The notes beneath the pieces were generated by a model, which ran no database searches, was not told the DNA's origin, and was given only the letters and a program-made list of their open reading frames with translations. Source: Narcine bancroftii (lineage: Eukaryota). Taken from it: a stretch of 64,000 nt of DNA. How positions within the stretch are numbered: the first letter of the stretch is position 1; each line of letters begins with the position of its first letter. Below, piece by piece: positions 13,401-25,207 of the stretch. The position numbers were made by a program, and so were the translations under genes. The stretch is from assembly GCF_036971445.1 (NCBI RefSeq), contig NC_091470.1:96534001-96598000 (forward strand). The letters are read 5' to 3'.

Positions 13401-14276
13401 TGATGAACGCTTTCATTGTGTCCCATAGTATAAACTTATCTTTCACTGATTCCGTATTTATTTCAAAGTACATTTTAATTTGTCTTTCAATGAATTCTCT
13501 AAAATCCTGCCTTTTAAGTAGCATGGAGTTTAATCTCCATCTATACATTCTTGGAGGGATGTCCTCTAACTCTATTGTCAATATCAGGGGTGAGTGGTCT
13601 GATAATATTCTAGCTTTATATTCTGTTTTTCTTACTCTGTCTTGCATACGAGCTGATAACAGGAATAGTCTATTCTTGAGTATGTTTTATGTCTACCCGA
13701 ATAATATGAATATTCCTTTTCCTTTGGGTGTTGTTTCCTCCATATATCCCAAAGTTGCATTTCTTGCATCGATTTAATTATAAATTTGGTTACTTTGTTC
13801 TTTCTGTTAATTTTTTTCCCAGTTTTATCCATGTTTGAATCCAAATTAAGGTTGAAATCCCCTCCTATTAGTATGTTCCCTTGTGTGTCTGCTATCTTCA
13901 AAAAAATATCTTGCATAAATTTTTGATCTTCTTCGTTAGGTGAATATACATTGAGTAAATTCCAAAACTCCGAATATATCTGACATTTTATCATTACATA
14001 TCTCCTTGCTGGATCTATTATTTCCTCTTCTATTTTAATTGGTACATTTTTACTGATTAATATAGCTACTCCTCTAGCTTTTGAATTATATGACGCTGCT
14101 GTTACATGTCCTATCCAATCTCTCTTTAATTTCTTGTGCTCCACTTCAGTTAAGTGTGTTTCTTGCACAAATGCTCTATCAATTTTTTCTTTTTTCAGTA
14201 AATTTAGCAGTTTCTTCCTTTTGATTTGGTTATGTATTCCGTTAATATTTAAAGTCATATAGTTCAACGTAGCCAT
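10481..14276 (-). pseudogene. L1 ORF2p (APE endonuclease and reverse transcriptase) broken by several frameshifts
   Basis: TLNINGI, FVQETH, GGDFN, SDH; YRPISLLN, LDAEKAFD, RQGCPLSP, LFADN (catalytic DD changed to DN); CFRC...H...C; frame breaks near 13640, 11935, 11750, 11050 and 10870. Confidence 0.9.
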
Positions 14277-14554
14277 TTCATACATTGTTTATCTTTCCTT
14301 TCCGTTTCCTCATCATCACCTTTCCTTCTTATCCATTTCTGCTTTCTTGTTTTGAACACTTTATAAGACAACATTTCTAAAACATCAAACATTTCCCTTA
14401 TTCTCCTATCTAAAATTTCTTTAACCTCACTATCCCCTCCCCTTCCTGAGATGCCCTTTAAATATGGATACACTCATGTACACACATATATACATACACA
14501 CATATTATACCCATATACACACATACATATAGTTCGTGGTCATTTTTACTCTCG

Positions 14555-15508
14555 TTACATGTCTTCATCTCTCTCTCTGATTTGTAGTTGTTCTGCAAAT
14601 TTTCGTGCTTCCTCCGGATCCGAGAATAGTCTGTTTTGCTGTCCTGGAATAACTATTTTAAGTACCTCTGGGTACTTTAGCATAAATTTATATCCTTTTT
14701 TCCATAGGATTGCTTTTGCAATATTAAACTCCTTTCTCTTCTTCAGGAGTTCAAAACTTATGCCTGGATAGAGAAAAATTTTTTGACCTTTGTATTCCAG
14801 TGGCTTTTTGTCTTCTCTTATTTTCTTCATTGCTTTCTCCAATATATTTTCTCTTGTTGTATATCTTAAGAATTTTACTAAAATGGATCTTGGTTTTTGT
14901 TGTGGCTGTGGTTTCGCGGCTAATGTTCTATGTGCCCTTTCTATTTCCATTTCTTCCTGTAATTCTGGTCTTCCTAGGACCCTGGGGATCCAATCTTTTA
15001 TAAATTCTCTCATATTCTTGCCTTCTTCATCTTCCTTAAGGCCCACTATCTTTATATTATTTCTTCTATTATAATTTTCCATTATATCGATCTTCTGAGC
15101 TAACAGCTCTTGTGTCTCTTTAACTTTTTTATTAGATTCTTCTAATTTCTTTTTTAAGTCCTCTACTTCCATTTCTACAGCTGTTTTGCGTTCTTCCACC
15201 TTGTCCACTCTTTTTCCTATATCCAACATGACCATCTCTAATCTATTCATTTTTTCTTCTGTACTTTTAATTCTTCTTTTTATTTCACTAAATTCTTGTA
15301 ATTGCCATTCTTTTACTGATTCCATATATTCTTTAAAAAGAAATATATCCATTGTCTTGCCTTTCCCTTCTTCTTCCATTTCTCTATGTTCTTCTTCTTC
15401 TTCCTCTGGGTTGGTCATCTGTTGTTTCCTTGTTTTCTTTTTACTCTCTTCTTTCTTGTTCTCGTTGTTTTCTATGTTCTCTTCTTGTTGTTGTGTTGTG
15501 GCTGTCAT
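14555..15508 (-). CDS. L1 ORF1p (coiled coil, RRM, CTD), open for 317 aa
   Basis: ENYNRRNNIKIVGLKE, EIERAHR, PRSILVKF motifs. Confidence 0.85.
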   Translation of the reverse strand: MTATTQQQEENIENNENKKEESKKKTRKQQMTNPEEEEEEHREMEEEGKGKTMDIFLFKEYMESVKEWQLQEFSEIKRRIKSTEEKMNRLEMVMLDIGKRVDKVEERKTAVEMEVEDLKKKLEESNKKVKETQELLAQKIDIMENYNRRNNIKIVGLKEDEEGKNMREFIKDWIPRVLGRPELQEEMEIERAHRTLAAKPQPQQKPRSILVKFLRYTTRENILEKAMKKIREDKKPLEYKGQKIFLYPGISFELLKKRKEFNIAKAILWKKGYKFMLKYPEVLKIVIPGQQNRLFSDPEEARKFAEQLQIRERDEDM

Positions 15509-17371
15509 TCTCAGCTGTGGAGATCGACTCCTCAGCTGGTCCCCCCTCCCGTAAGTGTTTTTTTTGTCATGTGTTGCGCACTTTTACTTGGCTCCGCGAG
15601 CCATTTTGGTAGTCCTGAGCTCGGGACTTCAACTGACCTTAGGGAGCGGGCTTTTCTCTCCGCGGCGGACCTCCTCGGACAGGTAAGGCCTTCACCTTCT
15701 TCTTCCGACATTCTTTCTTCTTCTCTTCTTCCCGTTGCTTTCGACTTTTCTTTCTTTGCTGCCATTTTCTTCCCACCTTTACTTTCACTTTATTTTAATT
15801 TTTATGTTTGTGCCTTTGTGTTTTGTGTGTTTTTTTTAAACTTTTCTGGAGAGGCTAGAGTTCCCCGACCGGCCACTACTCCATCACGTGACTCCTTGGG
15901 AAGATTTTGGAATTAATGAGAATTCTTTATTTGCTTATTATCAAGTTCGATCTCTAGTAAAACAAATTTTTGGTAGAGATATGATTTTACCTAAATTGAC
16001 TAAATTTGAATCTTTTCTTTTGATTGCACCAAAGAAGGGATACATTTCATTGATGTATCAAATATTACAGGAAAGTATGAAACAAAAGGGATGGAATAGA
16101 TCTAAGATTAAATGGGAAAGGGATATCAACTTTACTTTTTCTTAGAATGATTGGTTAAATATCTGTCATGATCGTGTTACTAGATCGATAAATTTTCGTT
16201 ATGCAATGGTTAATTACAATTTTTTACATCAATTGTATTTAACACCTGAAAAGTTTTTAAAAATATGGTTTTAGTGAATCATTCTTGTTTTAGGTGCGGT
16301 AATTCAGTTGGAACTTTTTTTCATGCTCTTTGGTTATGTGTACATATACAATCTTTTTGGAAAGCAATTCAATTGTTTTTGGAACATTTGTATAAGATCA
16401 AAATACCTCTGGATCTGACAATATTTTTGTTGGGTCAGTTGAATCCTTTGAAAGATTAGGATTAGATAAATTTCAGATTGTTTTTGTGTATTTAGCTTTA
16501 TCTGTTGCAAAAAAGTGTATAGCAAGTACATGGAAAAATGCTAATGTGATTGATATTAATAGACGGCATAATGAGATGAAAACTTGTTTGGTAATGGAAA
16601 AAATCATGTATGTTTTACATGATAATTATTCTTTTTTTAATAAGTGGTCTTTATATTTAGAATATTTACAATTAGATTGAACTTGATTAGATTTTAGTAA
16701 ATATATTTCAGTTTTCTTTTCTCTTTCTTTGGCTCTCCTAAAGAGAGTTGGCTGAGAGGGGGAGGGGGGGGGTTCTTTTTTTTTTCTTTTTTTATATAAA
16801 GAATTTTTTTATCATACATATGTAATAAATTTGTTGAATGAGTAAATAAAGTTATGACAAAAAAGATTCATTTGAGGTATTTATGATTTTTACACAGAAT
16901 TCATGGGATTTTACTGTTTTGAAGAGTCTTCAATATCCCGGCATTGATTGAATGACCAAAACTGCAAATCTTGATTTCAGTCCACCATTTTATACAGCAT
17001 ACCGTCATTGTGGTATGTAAAGAGGTGGGATTTTCAACGTTGACTGTGACGAATATCATACGTGGGACGCCACTATCCTCACCCCCTCCTTCTCCTCAGC
17101 CTTCTCCATTCCAGCACTTCTGAGAGATATTAATCTAGTGCATGTCCTTTGAATTGCTCCTTTCTGTGTCTTTCCTTTCAGTCGCATCCTGTGGAGAACA
17201 TCTACAGGGAACATTGCCATCGAAGAGCAGCAGCAATCATCAGGGATCCCCACCACCCAGCACCGATCAGGAAAGAAATATCAGTGCCACAAGACTCACT
17301 CCACTATGATCAGGAACAATTGCTCCCCCTCCACAATCAGATTCCTCAACGACAAACTCAATCAGGGACTC

Positions 17372-18391
17372 ATTTTTTAAAAAAGAATTTTATTTTTCGC
17401 ACTATGAACCATATTGACCAAATACACATAAATATTTCCCTCTTGAATATACACAGTGTCATTTTCTCCCCTTTTCCCCCCTACCTTCCCTCCCTCCTTC
17501 CCACCCCCCTCCCCACCCCCCCTCCCCACCCACTCAACATTCGACATATACGATACATTAAACCCATTAAGCAATGTCATCACACAATGAAAATAAACAA
17601 GAAAATTGTGTCATCTACTTGTATACACTGGGTCAGTTCATTTCGTCTTCTTCTCCTTCTGTCATTTTAGGGGGTGAAGGTCCGCGGTAGGACTTCTCTG
17701 TTGTGTTCCATGTACTGTTCCCAAATTTGTTCGAATACTGTGATGTTATTTCTTAAATCATATGTTATTTTTTCCAATGGAATACATTTATTCATTTCTA
17801 TGTACCATTGCTGTTTTCTTAGGCTATCTTCTGATTTCCAGTTTGACATAATACATTTTTTTGCTACAGCTAAGGCTATCATAATAAATCTTTTTGTGCT
17901 CCATCCAAATCGAGGCCAAGTTCTTTACTTCTTATATTACTTAGAAGAAAGATCTCTGGATTTTTTGTTATGTTATTTTTTGTGATTTTGTTTAATACCT
18001 GATCTAGATCTTCCCAAAACTTTTCCACTTTCTCACATGCCCAAATTGCATGTACTGTTGTTCCCGTTTCCTACTTACAGCGAAAACATCTATCTGATTT
18101 TGTTGGGTCCCATTTATTTAACTTTTGTGGCATGGTGTATAGCCTGTGTAACCAATTATATTGTATCATGCGTAATCTCGTGTTTATTGTATTTCTCATA
18201 GTTACCAGAAGGAAGCAGTTTTGAATATGTGATTACAGATAATTAAAAGATTTATAACAAATATGTATATCAAACTGCAAGAGAAAGAGAACGATGAAAT
18301 AAGCTGTAAACCCAAACAAAAGTGGGAACAAGATCTAAACATAAAGATAAAAAATGAAACATGGGAAAAGCTATGCTCCGGAACTATGAGA
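17372..18391 (-). mobile_element. 5'-truncated family-B L1 with 5' inversion, inserted in a Rex1/Babar-like LINE tail (17180-17371 and 18404-18606)
   Basis: Minus-sense 3' part 17372-18203, plus-sense inverted part 18204-18391; TSD aatcagggactc at 17360-17371 and 18392-18403. Confidence 0.9.
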
Positions 18392-18988
18392 AATCAGGGA
18401 CTCTTTGAAAGACCCTTTTATTGATTTTTAAATTCTCTCTGCATTGCACAGTTTGTTTACATCTGTTTACAGTTCTCTGTTTGATACATGTTTACAGCTT
18501 TTTTTTTTGCACTACCAATAAGTGGTAATTCTGCCTCACCTGCAGGAAAAAAGAATCTCAGGGTTGTATGTGAGGTCATGCATGTACTCTGACAATAAAT
18601 CTGAATCCAACATTTGAAAATAGTAAATTATGATCAAAAATACAAAAGAGTAAATTGAAGATTTATATAATCACTGTTCAAGATACCAACAAAGTGGTAA
18701 TTTTCCATCAACCAAATCCTTCAGATGCCGATGATAAATTCTCGGAAATGAACTGAGGCACGAAGTCACAAAGCATGTTCAGAGTGTTGAAGTGTTAACC
18801 CTATTGTAGCCAAATTGTGCACAACAAAATCTCACAAGCAGCAATAAGATCTAATGACCAGATAATTTGGTTTCAATGATGTTGGTTGTGGTATAATTAT
18901 TGACTCTGGGACTCCGGAGAGAATTCGCTGATCTCCCAGTGGTGCACGGAATCCTTTTATGTTTGCCTGAGAGAGCAGGCCAGTTGTC

Positions 18989-19228
18989 TGTAGAGCTCGT
19001 CGAAAGAATCAAAGACTTGTTGATCCAAACCAAGGCTTTTATTAGCAAAAGACAGGAGTTCTTCACAGGTGGCCGACCAGTCTGGAATGATCCAACCTGG
19101 CTAGGGACCCAACCCTTTAAGGCCCAGACAATAGGCGTGGCTTAGCTCTCAGCCAATCGCTGTAAGCACAGTCTAGATACTGTAACTATATACACTATAT
19201 ACATTGGTGATAGATCTGTACTATCACA
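18989..19228 (-). mobile_element. Solo gypsy LTR, 240-bp family
   Basis: TGTAG...TCACA, near-identical to the LTR at 60647-60886; TSD imperfect (ttgtc/aggtc). Confidence 0.85.
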
Positions 19229-19559
19229 AGGTCATCAAAGAAAGCAGCTCTGAACACAAGGTGCACATGGGGGAGTTCAATAATCAAATGAGCCACGTGG
19301 CATTTGCATGATGTCTTAGGGCCATTTGGGATTTTCCCCAGTTTGCACCCACATCCTAATGACATAAGTTATTATAAGACACCTGTAAATGACCCCAGTG
19401 AGGGTAGGTGGCAAGACATTGAAGTGCTGGGATTGTGGGAAAGAATAGATTTCATGGCAAAAAGTAGAGGAATGTGATTGCCCAGAAGGCCAGTAGAGTC
19501 AATGGGCTGAATGGCTCTAGAGTGAGAAAATATTGCAAAGGTACAGTCTGCTCATGCAG

Positions 19560-20290
19560 ATAGTAGGAGTGATTCAACTGTCCTGGATCCATAGCTGATG
19601 GGACATATGGTGGCCAGGATATTGCCCATTAATTTCCCCCTTGGGACCTTCCCCTGTGGCTACAGGAGGTGCTCCACTTGTGACCACATCTCCTCCCTCA
19701 CCATCATTTGGGACCCCAAACAGTCCTTCCAAGTTAAGCGACACTTCACTTGTTAATCTACTGCATCTGGTGCTCATGTTGTGGCCTTCTCCACGTCGGA
19801 GAGACTGGATACAGACTGGGAGATCACTTTGTTGAGCACCTTCACTTTGCCCGAGTCAGTGTCGGGGATCTCCCAGTGGCCAGCCATTCTAATTCTGCAC
19901 CCCACTCCCTTGCTCACATGTCTGTCCGTGGCCTCGTACCATCAAACCAAGACCACCCATATATTGGCAGAGCGACACCTAATTTTACATCTGGGCACTC
20001 TCCAACCGGATGGGGTTAACGTCGACTTCTCCGGTTTCTGCTGGCCCACTCCCCATTCTCCTTCTCTTCCTCATCCCTCCAGCTCTCCAACCCCTTCCTT
20101 CTCCATTCACAGAGCTATTCCCCCTCCCTGTTTGCTCGTATGCCCTCCCTCCCTAATCCATCTATCACCTCCTGCCTTTGGGATTGTGCTCCACCCCTTG
20201 CCCCTCCCCCCCACCATTTTGTTCAGGCGCCTGCCTACATTTTGTCATACCTTGACTGACCTGCTGAGTTTCTCTAGCATTGTGTTTTTA
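19560..20290 (+). mobile_element. Penelope-like element 3' fragment (GIY-YIG endonuclease)
   Basis: LIYCIWCSCCGLLHVGETGYRLGDHFVEHL...LGTLQPDGVNVDFS. Confidence 0.8.
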
Positions 20291-20594
20291 TTTCTGTATC
20301 AGTCATTAACACTGTGCTTTTGTACACCAACCCTGAAATTCTTTGATGAGATTGTGATGAGTATTTAGCTCCCTGCTTAAACCACCACTGAAAAAGGTCT
20401 TAAGGTAGAGATTTAGACACTGCTGCATGAATGATGCTACATTAATTTCTTCTGTCACGATAACTCACTGACTTTATTGCTGCCAACACAGTTGCACTGG
20501 CAGATTTGTTGCCAGCCCTGATCCAGTGAGGCCTGATCAAAAGCACACATTTCCCTTCTTCCCTTCACCTCTGTCTCTCCAGTTGCACCCATAA

Positions 20595-21113
20595 CACTGG
20601 ACAACAAAAATGTTTCTTGCTGAATACTTTTGGGTGTGCTTTATGGATTTGGGTTGCTGATCACAAAAATCGTTTCACATACCGTTTTTTAGATATAATC
20701 TATTTTTGTGGTTTCCTGTCATATTTTAAGTCAACTTCAAATTTATTTTCTGCATTCGCACTTGAACTCCCTGCTGATCTGGGTGCAGTCAGTGACAAAC
20801 ACGGTGAAAGGTTTCACCAGGACATTGCAACTATGAAAAAGTGCTATCATGGCAACCAGAATCCATCAATGCTGGCCGACTATTGTAGGACACTGACATG
20901 AGAGGCATCAGATGCTGAGTGCAAACAAAAATCAATGGCAAAACTTTTTTAGATTAGTTGAATGTGTCAGCGATTAAACATGCTAAAATAAGTAAAAGTT
21001 CATTAATGTTTCTCCAACTTCCTATGTGATAGATCTGAAATTATCTCAGTGTTCATCATAACCCCCAATTGATTTCAGGTAGCAAACCTTTTGAAAATAA
21101 ATGTTGTTCAGTG
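20595..21113 (+). mobile_element. Non-autonomous Chapaev3-like DNA transposon, 519 bp
   Basis: TIRs CACTGGACAACA / TGTTGTTCAGTG (11/12 match), TAA on both sides, transposase C-terminal remnant PADLGAVSDKHGERFHQDIATM...MLADYC. Confidence 0.75.
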
Positions 21114-21469
21114 TAACCAGAGCATTGGGCTGCTATATCTGTCCAACCCCAATCATGTTTCTGTAATAGCTATAACATTCCATTCCCATGAGCCGATCCA
21201 TGGCCTGAGTTCATCTGCCTTACCTGTCATTAAAGTAAGTAAACTTCGTTCTATCAGACCTTCCTCATTTCTTCACCTGCCCCTTCTTACCTCGTCAACT
21301 GAATTTCTTGCTTTACTCTGTTTTCCTCACGTTGATCTCACCACTGCTAGACTAGTTTTTTTTTAAAAACTCTTCAACATGAGAAAATCTCTCCACCAGG
21401 ACATTGGTGCCCCTCCAATTCAGGTCCAACCTGGATTTTTGTTCAGATTGTTGATATGATCATTCAAAA

Positions 21470-22260
21470 GGCATATGGCACTTTGTGTTTCATTAATAGG
21501 GGATTGAGTTCAGGGTCAAGAGGCCATGTTACAACTCTAGGAAGGATGTGTGTGATAGTACAGATTCTATCACCAATGTACAGATGGTAGTGTAGGATGA
21601 CTGTGATTGACTGAGAGTGTAGCCACACCTACTGGCAGGTCTTAAAGGATTGCTCCTAGCCAGACCAGATCATTCTGGACTGGTCGACCTACTTATGATA
21701 TGTTCCAGTCTTTTAGTTAATAAAAGCCTTAGTTTGGATCAACAAGTCTTTCGTTCTTTCGATGCGCATTACAATGTGGAAGTTACGGAGAGGGTACAGA
21801 GGAGATTCACCAGGATGTTACCTGGATTGGAAAATAAGCCTTAAGAGGCAAGGTTAGCAGAGCTGGGACTTTTCTCTTTGGTTCAAAGAAGGATGAGAGG
21901 TGATTTGATAGAGGTCTATAAGATTATGAGGTGGACAGCCAGCGCCTTTTTTCCCCAGGGCAGGAATATCAAACACCAGAGGACATATGTACAAAATGAA
22001 TGGAGGGAAGTTTAGGGGAGACATCAGGTGTAAGTTTTTTACACAGAGAATTGTGGGTGCCTGGAATGCCTTGCCAGGCATGGTGGTCGAGACTGAAACA
22101 TTAGAGGCATTTAAGAGACTCTTAGACAAGCATTTAGACGAAAGTAAAATGGAGGGTTACAAAGTAAGAAGGGTTTAGGACTTTATTTTGGTAGGAACAT
22201 ATGGATCAACACAACATTGAGGGCTGAATGGTCTGTTCTGTGCTGTAGTGTTCTATCCCA
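21470..22260 (+). mobile_element. CR1 LINE 3' fragment interrupted by a solo LTR
   Basis: ERVQRRFTRMLPGL, FFTQRIVGAWNALP. Confidence 0.8.
21551..21773 (+). mobile_element. Solo gypsy LTR related to the 240-bp family
   Basis: TGTGATAG...TACA with 5-bp TSD ATGTG at 21546-21550 and 21774-21778. Confidence 0.85.
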
Positions 22261-22518
22261 TGTGCCCTGGAAGAGATCCATGTACCTGAATCCCTTTCTC
22301 CTGCATCAGCAACATTGCCATGCATTTAATTGTGCAATCTTACTATTCTTTCCTTGCTAGCTTGTGACGCAGGGAACAATCCTGGGATTACAATCCGAGA
22401 GGTTCTGCAGTAAACATTTCTACCAAGCCCCCTAAATTCACTTTGCAGGACCTCATCTGAAAGGGAAGGGTGAGATGGCAGGGGCCGTGGTCCATTTTGG
22501 TACCAATATGGACTGTGA

Positions 22519-22897
22519 CAGTGGCTCTCAACCTTTTTTTTCCTCACTCATCTACCATCTTAAATTGTCCTGTGGTGGCCCACATGATGAACCGGCCCTG
22601 CTTGTCACGCGCGGTCAGCGGGGCAGCCATGGCAAAGATGGTGTCGCGGGTCCTTCTCTACCGGTGCATCCGTGCTTACGTCATAGGTTCCAGGACGAGA
22701 GAGACAGGTAAATCAGTTGTGCTAAATGAGTTTACAGCCTGCTGTCTCAGTTCTTTCGCTGCACTAGCGCCCAACCCACTACAATCCCTTATTAACCACC
22801 GAGCACCTAGGCCATCCTATGACATCAGTGCTCGGTGGTTAGTAAGGGATTATTTAAGGTGATATGTGAGTGGTAAAAAAAAGGTTGAGAACTACTA
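22519..22897. mobile_element. hAT/Charlie-type MITE with a nested 213-bp solo-LTR-like insert (22571-22783)
   Basis: TIRs cagtggctctcaacc / ggttgagaactacta; 8-bp TSD matching 6/8 (gactgtga/gactatgg); insert TGTGGTGG...CCACTACA. Confidence 0.65.
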
Positions 22898-22949
22898 GAC
22901 TATGGCCCTCTGCCATTCACCCTCCCCTTTCAGAATGTCATCTGATTAT

Positions 22950-23560
22950 GCAAGAACAACCTGAGAAAACAGCATTCTCCAGTCCTTGGTGCAAAACACG
23001 CAGACACACAACCAGACACAACACGCATACAGACAAACAATGCACCTGCAGGGCAAATATGCAAACAAATAAATATTGTTTCATGAATATGAGAGTCTCG
23101 GGTGGTTAGTGTGAGCTGCTCCTTTGGTTGTTCAGCTGTTTCTCAGCCTGGCTCTGATTCTCCTGTATTTCTTTCCCAATGGGAGCAGCTGAAAGATGCC
23201 ATGTGTGGGGTGGAAAGGGTCCTCAAAGATTTTGCTTGCCCTCTTCAGACAACAATCCCGGTAGATCCTGTCAATGGTGGTGAAAGAGATACCAGTGATC
23301 CACTCTTAAGGTCCTGTGGATTGACCTCCAATCCATTTCTCTGCAGCCACCATACTGCACTGTGATGCAGCTGGCCAGGACGCTCTCGATAGAGTCCTGC
23401 GGACGGTTGACATAGTGGTGGCCTTGCCCACTTCAGCCTTCTCAGGAAGTGCAGTCGCTGTTGCACCTTCATGACAAGTAAGGAGATGTTGAGTATCCAT
23501 GATAGGTCACTAGTTTAGTGAACTCCAAGGAACTTGTGTGCTCTCCACTCTCTTCACTAC
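22950..23560 (-). mobile_element. Rex1/Babar-like LINE 3' fragment
   Basis: KVQQRLHFLRRLK motif; same family as 43450-44080 and 59400-59880. Confidence 0.7.
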
Positions 23561-23918
23561 AGAGTAGTCCTGCGCAGTCTCTGCAAGACCAGAGAAGTTA
23601 CACGCTACCCCACTTACTCTCTTGCAGTCACAGAGCTCCTAACGAAAGCCTCCCTTACAACCTTTGCTCACCTAGATTTTGCGCTTCCCTACTTTCCAGC
23701 AGATCCAGTCACAGTGCCATGAGGTTTGCTGCCATTTTCCCCTCAGAGACCATGACTCCCAATAGTATCCAAATTTGCATTGCATAATATAATTAAGGCA
23801 TCAAGAAACAAAGATGAAATCTGTATGTTATCTTTATAACTTTAGCAAAGGCAATTAATCCTATCAGTAACAAACTAATACCTTCATTGAGTCATTCTGT
23901 GATCTGTAAACACGCTAT

Positions 23919-24217
23919 TGTAGCGGCAGCTACACTGATACTGAAAGAACACACAACCAGATGGGTTGAGCTCAGTGAGCAGAACTGATTTATTGCAGGC
24001 TGCTGGGCTGGACTTATACTCCCAGCCCGTACCTGGCTGAAAACCGCGCTGGGGGGACGCTGACGTCACCCGGGCATCACGTGGTTCCCCCACCGCGGGC
24101 TTCTGAGCCCTGTGCTGAGAAGAAGGGGAAACCCCCGACGGCGTCATTTTGACGGGCTGCCCCGCCGCATGGATTACAAGCGGGCCCGGTTCGCCTGCCT
24201 AGTGGTGTGCCGCCACA
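23919..24217 (-). mobile_element. CpG-rich solo LTR (gypsy-like), 299 bp
   Basis: TGTAGCGGCA...TGCCGCCACA terminal inverted repeats (9/10); TATAA followed by AATAAA on the minus strand. Confidence 0.7.
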
Positions 24218-24819
24218 TTTATTTGCAACATTTATCTGTGATTTAAAGTGCAGATGTCTAAAAATCTAATTCTACTAGAGAGGTTGCTAACCCGAATATG
24301 CATCACATTTTTATTTGACATTTTGATGGATATGCACTTTTGGTAATGAAAGAATCTTTTTCTTTCCGAGTAGATAAATGAAAAACACATCATCAGCTGT
24401 AGATGATATTGGAACAGCGTTGTCAAAAAACTGTGCTGGAGATAAATATTAGGAAATCTTTATAATAAAGTTGAGAGTTGGGTTTATAAATGATAATTGG
24501 GAGAAGAAATTAAATGAATGGGTTTATAAATTAGAGGAAAATAAATATTAACTGATCCAAAAACCTAGAATTATTTTGTACAATTCTGAGATTTATAATA
24601 TATTGGAGTTTTCCCAACTATATTAATTTATTTGAATAGCATTATCGGGAAATTCATGAAGAGCGTCTTCCATCTTCCCAATGACACCATTTCCTGTACA
24701 CTGCTTGAGTAAGAGGTTTGGAATTTCCAAAGATTGAAGCAGAAATACCAGCCGCCAGAATTACCTGTACAAGAATAGGAATTGATGCAAAGCCTCAACT
24801 CTGTTTGCCAGAAGAGCTT

Positions 24820-25207
24820 GGATCTCCCAGTGGCCACCCATTTCACGCCCCCACCCCATTCCATTGCTGATGTGTCTGATGCACTGCCAGACTGAGACCA
24901 ACCACAAATTGGAGGAACAACACCACATAATCTGGGCACTCTCCAACCGAATTGAATTAACATAGACTTTGCTGGTTTCCATTAAATCCACCCCCCACCC
25001 CACTGTAGCCTTTTCCCCAGCTCTATCTCTCTTCCCTTTTCCCTCTGTCTCCTTTCGCAGACCCAATTAATTCTCTAGTCTCCTTTCAACACATCCAATT
25101 AACATCTTTTGTTGGTCTGGACTCCCCCAGCCAGTCTTCAGCCTTTATTCAGATGCCTGTCTGCATTTTGCTTCTACCTTGAAGAAGGGCTCAGGCCCGA
25201 AACGTCA
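24820..25207 (+). mobile_element. Penelope-like 3' fragment
   Basis: Similar to 19870-20250; tail cttgaagaagggctcaggcccgaaacgtc. Confidence 0.7.

Larger units (their letters stand above)
10222..15897 (-). mobile_element. Near-full-length L1/Tx1-clade LINE (family B), 5.7 kb
   Basis: 5' UTR, ORF1, ORF2 (EN, RT, CCHC), 3' UTR and poly(A); perfect 17-bp TSD gggaagattttggaatt at 10205-10221 and 15898-15914. Confidence 0.95.
7761..16862 (+). mobile_element. Host L1/Tx1-clade LINE (family A), internally deleted and split by a nested L1
   Basis: ORF1 remnants (LENQSRRNNVKIVGLPEG, ERAHR, YPDLS) to 9408; APE endonuclease from 9687 (GGDFN); ORF2 C-terminal CCHC region 15898-16680; A-rich tail; TSD aagat(c/t)catttgagg at 7746-7760 and 16863-16877. 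Confidence 0.9.

Noticed and set aside
10481-14276. L1-B as an active autonomous element
   Set aside because: Several frameshifts and the RT catalytic motif reads FADN; some indels could be assembly errors but not plausibly all
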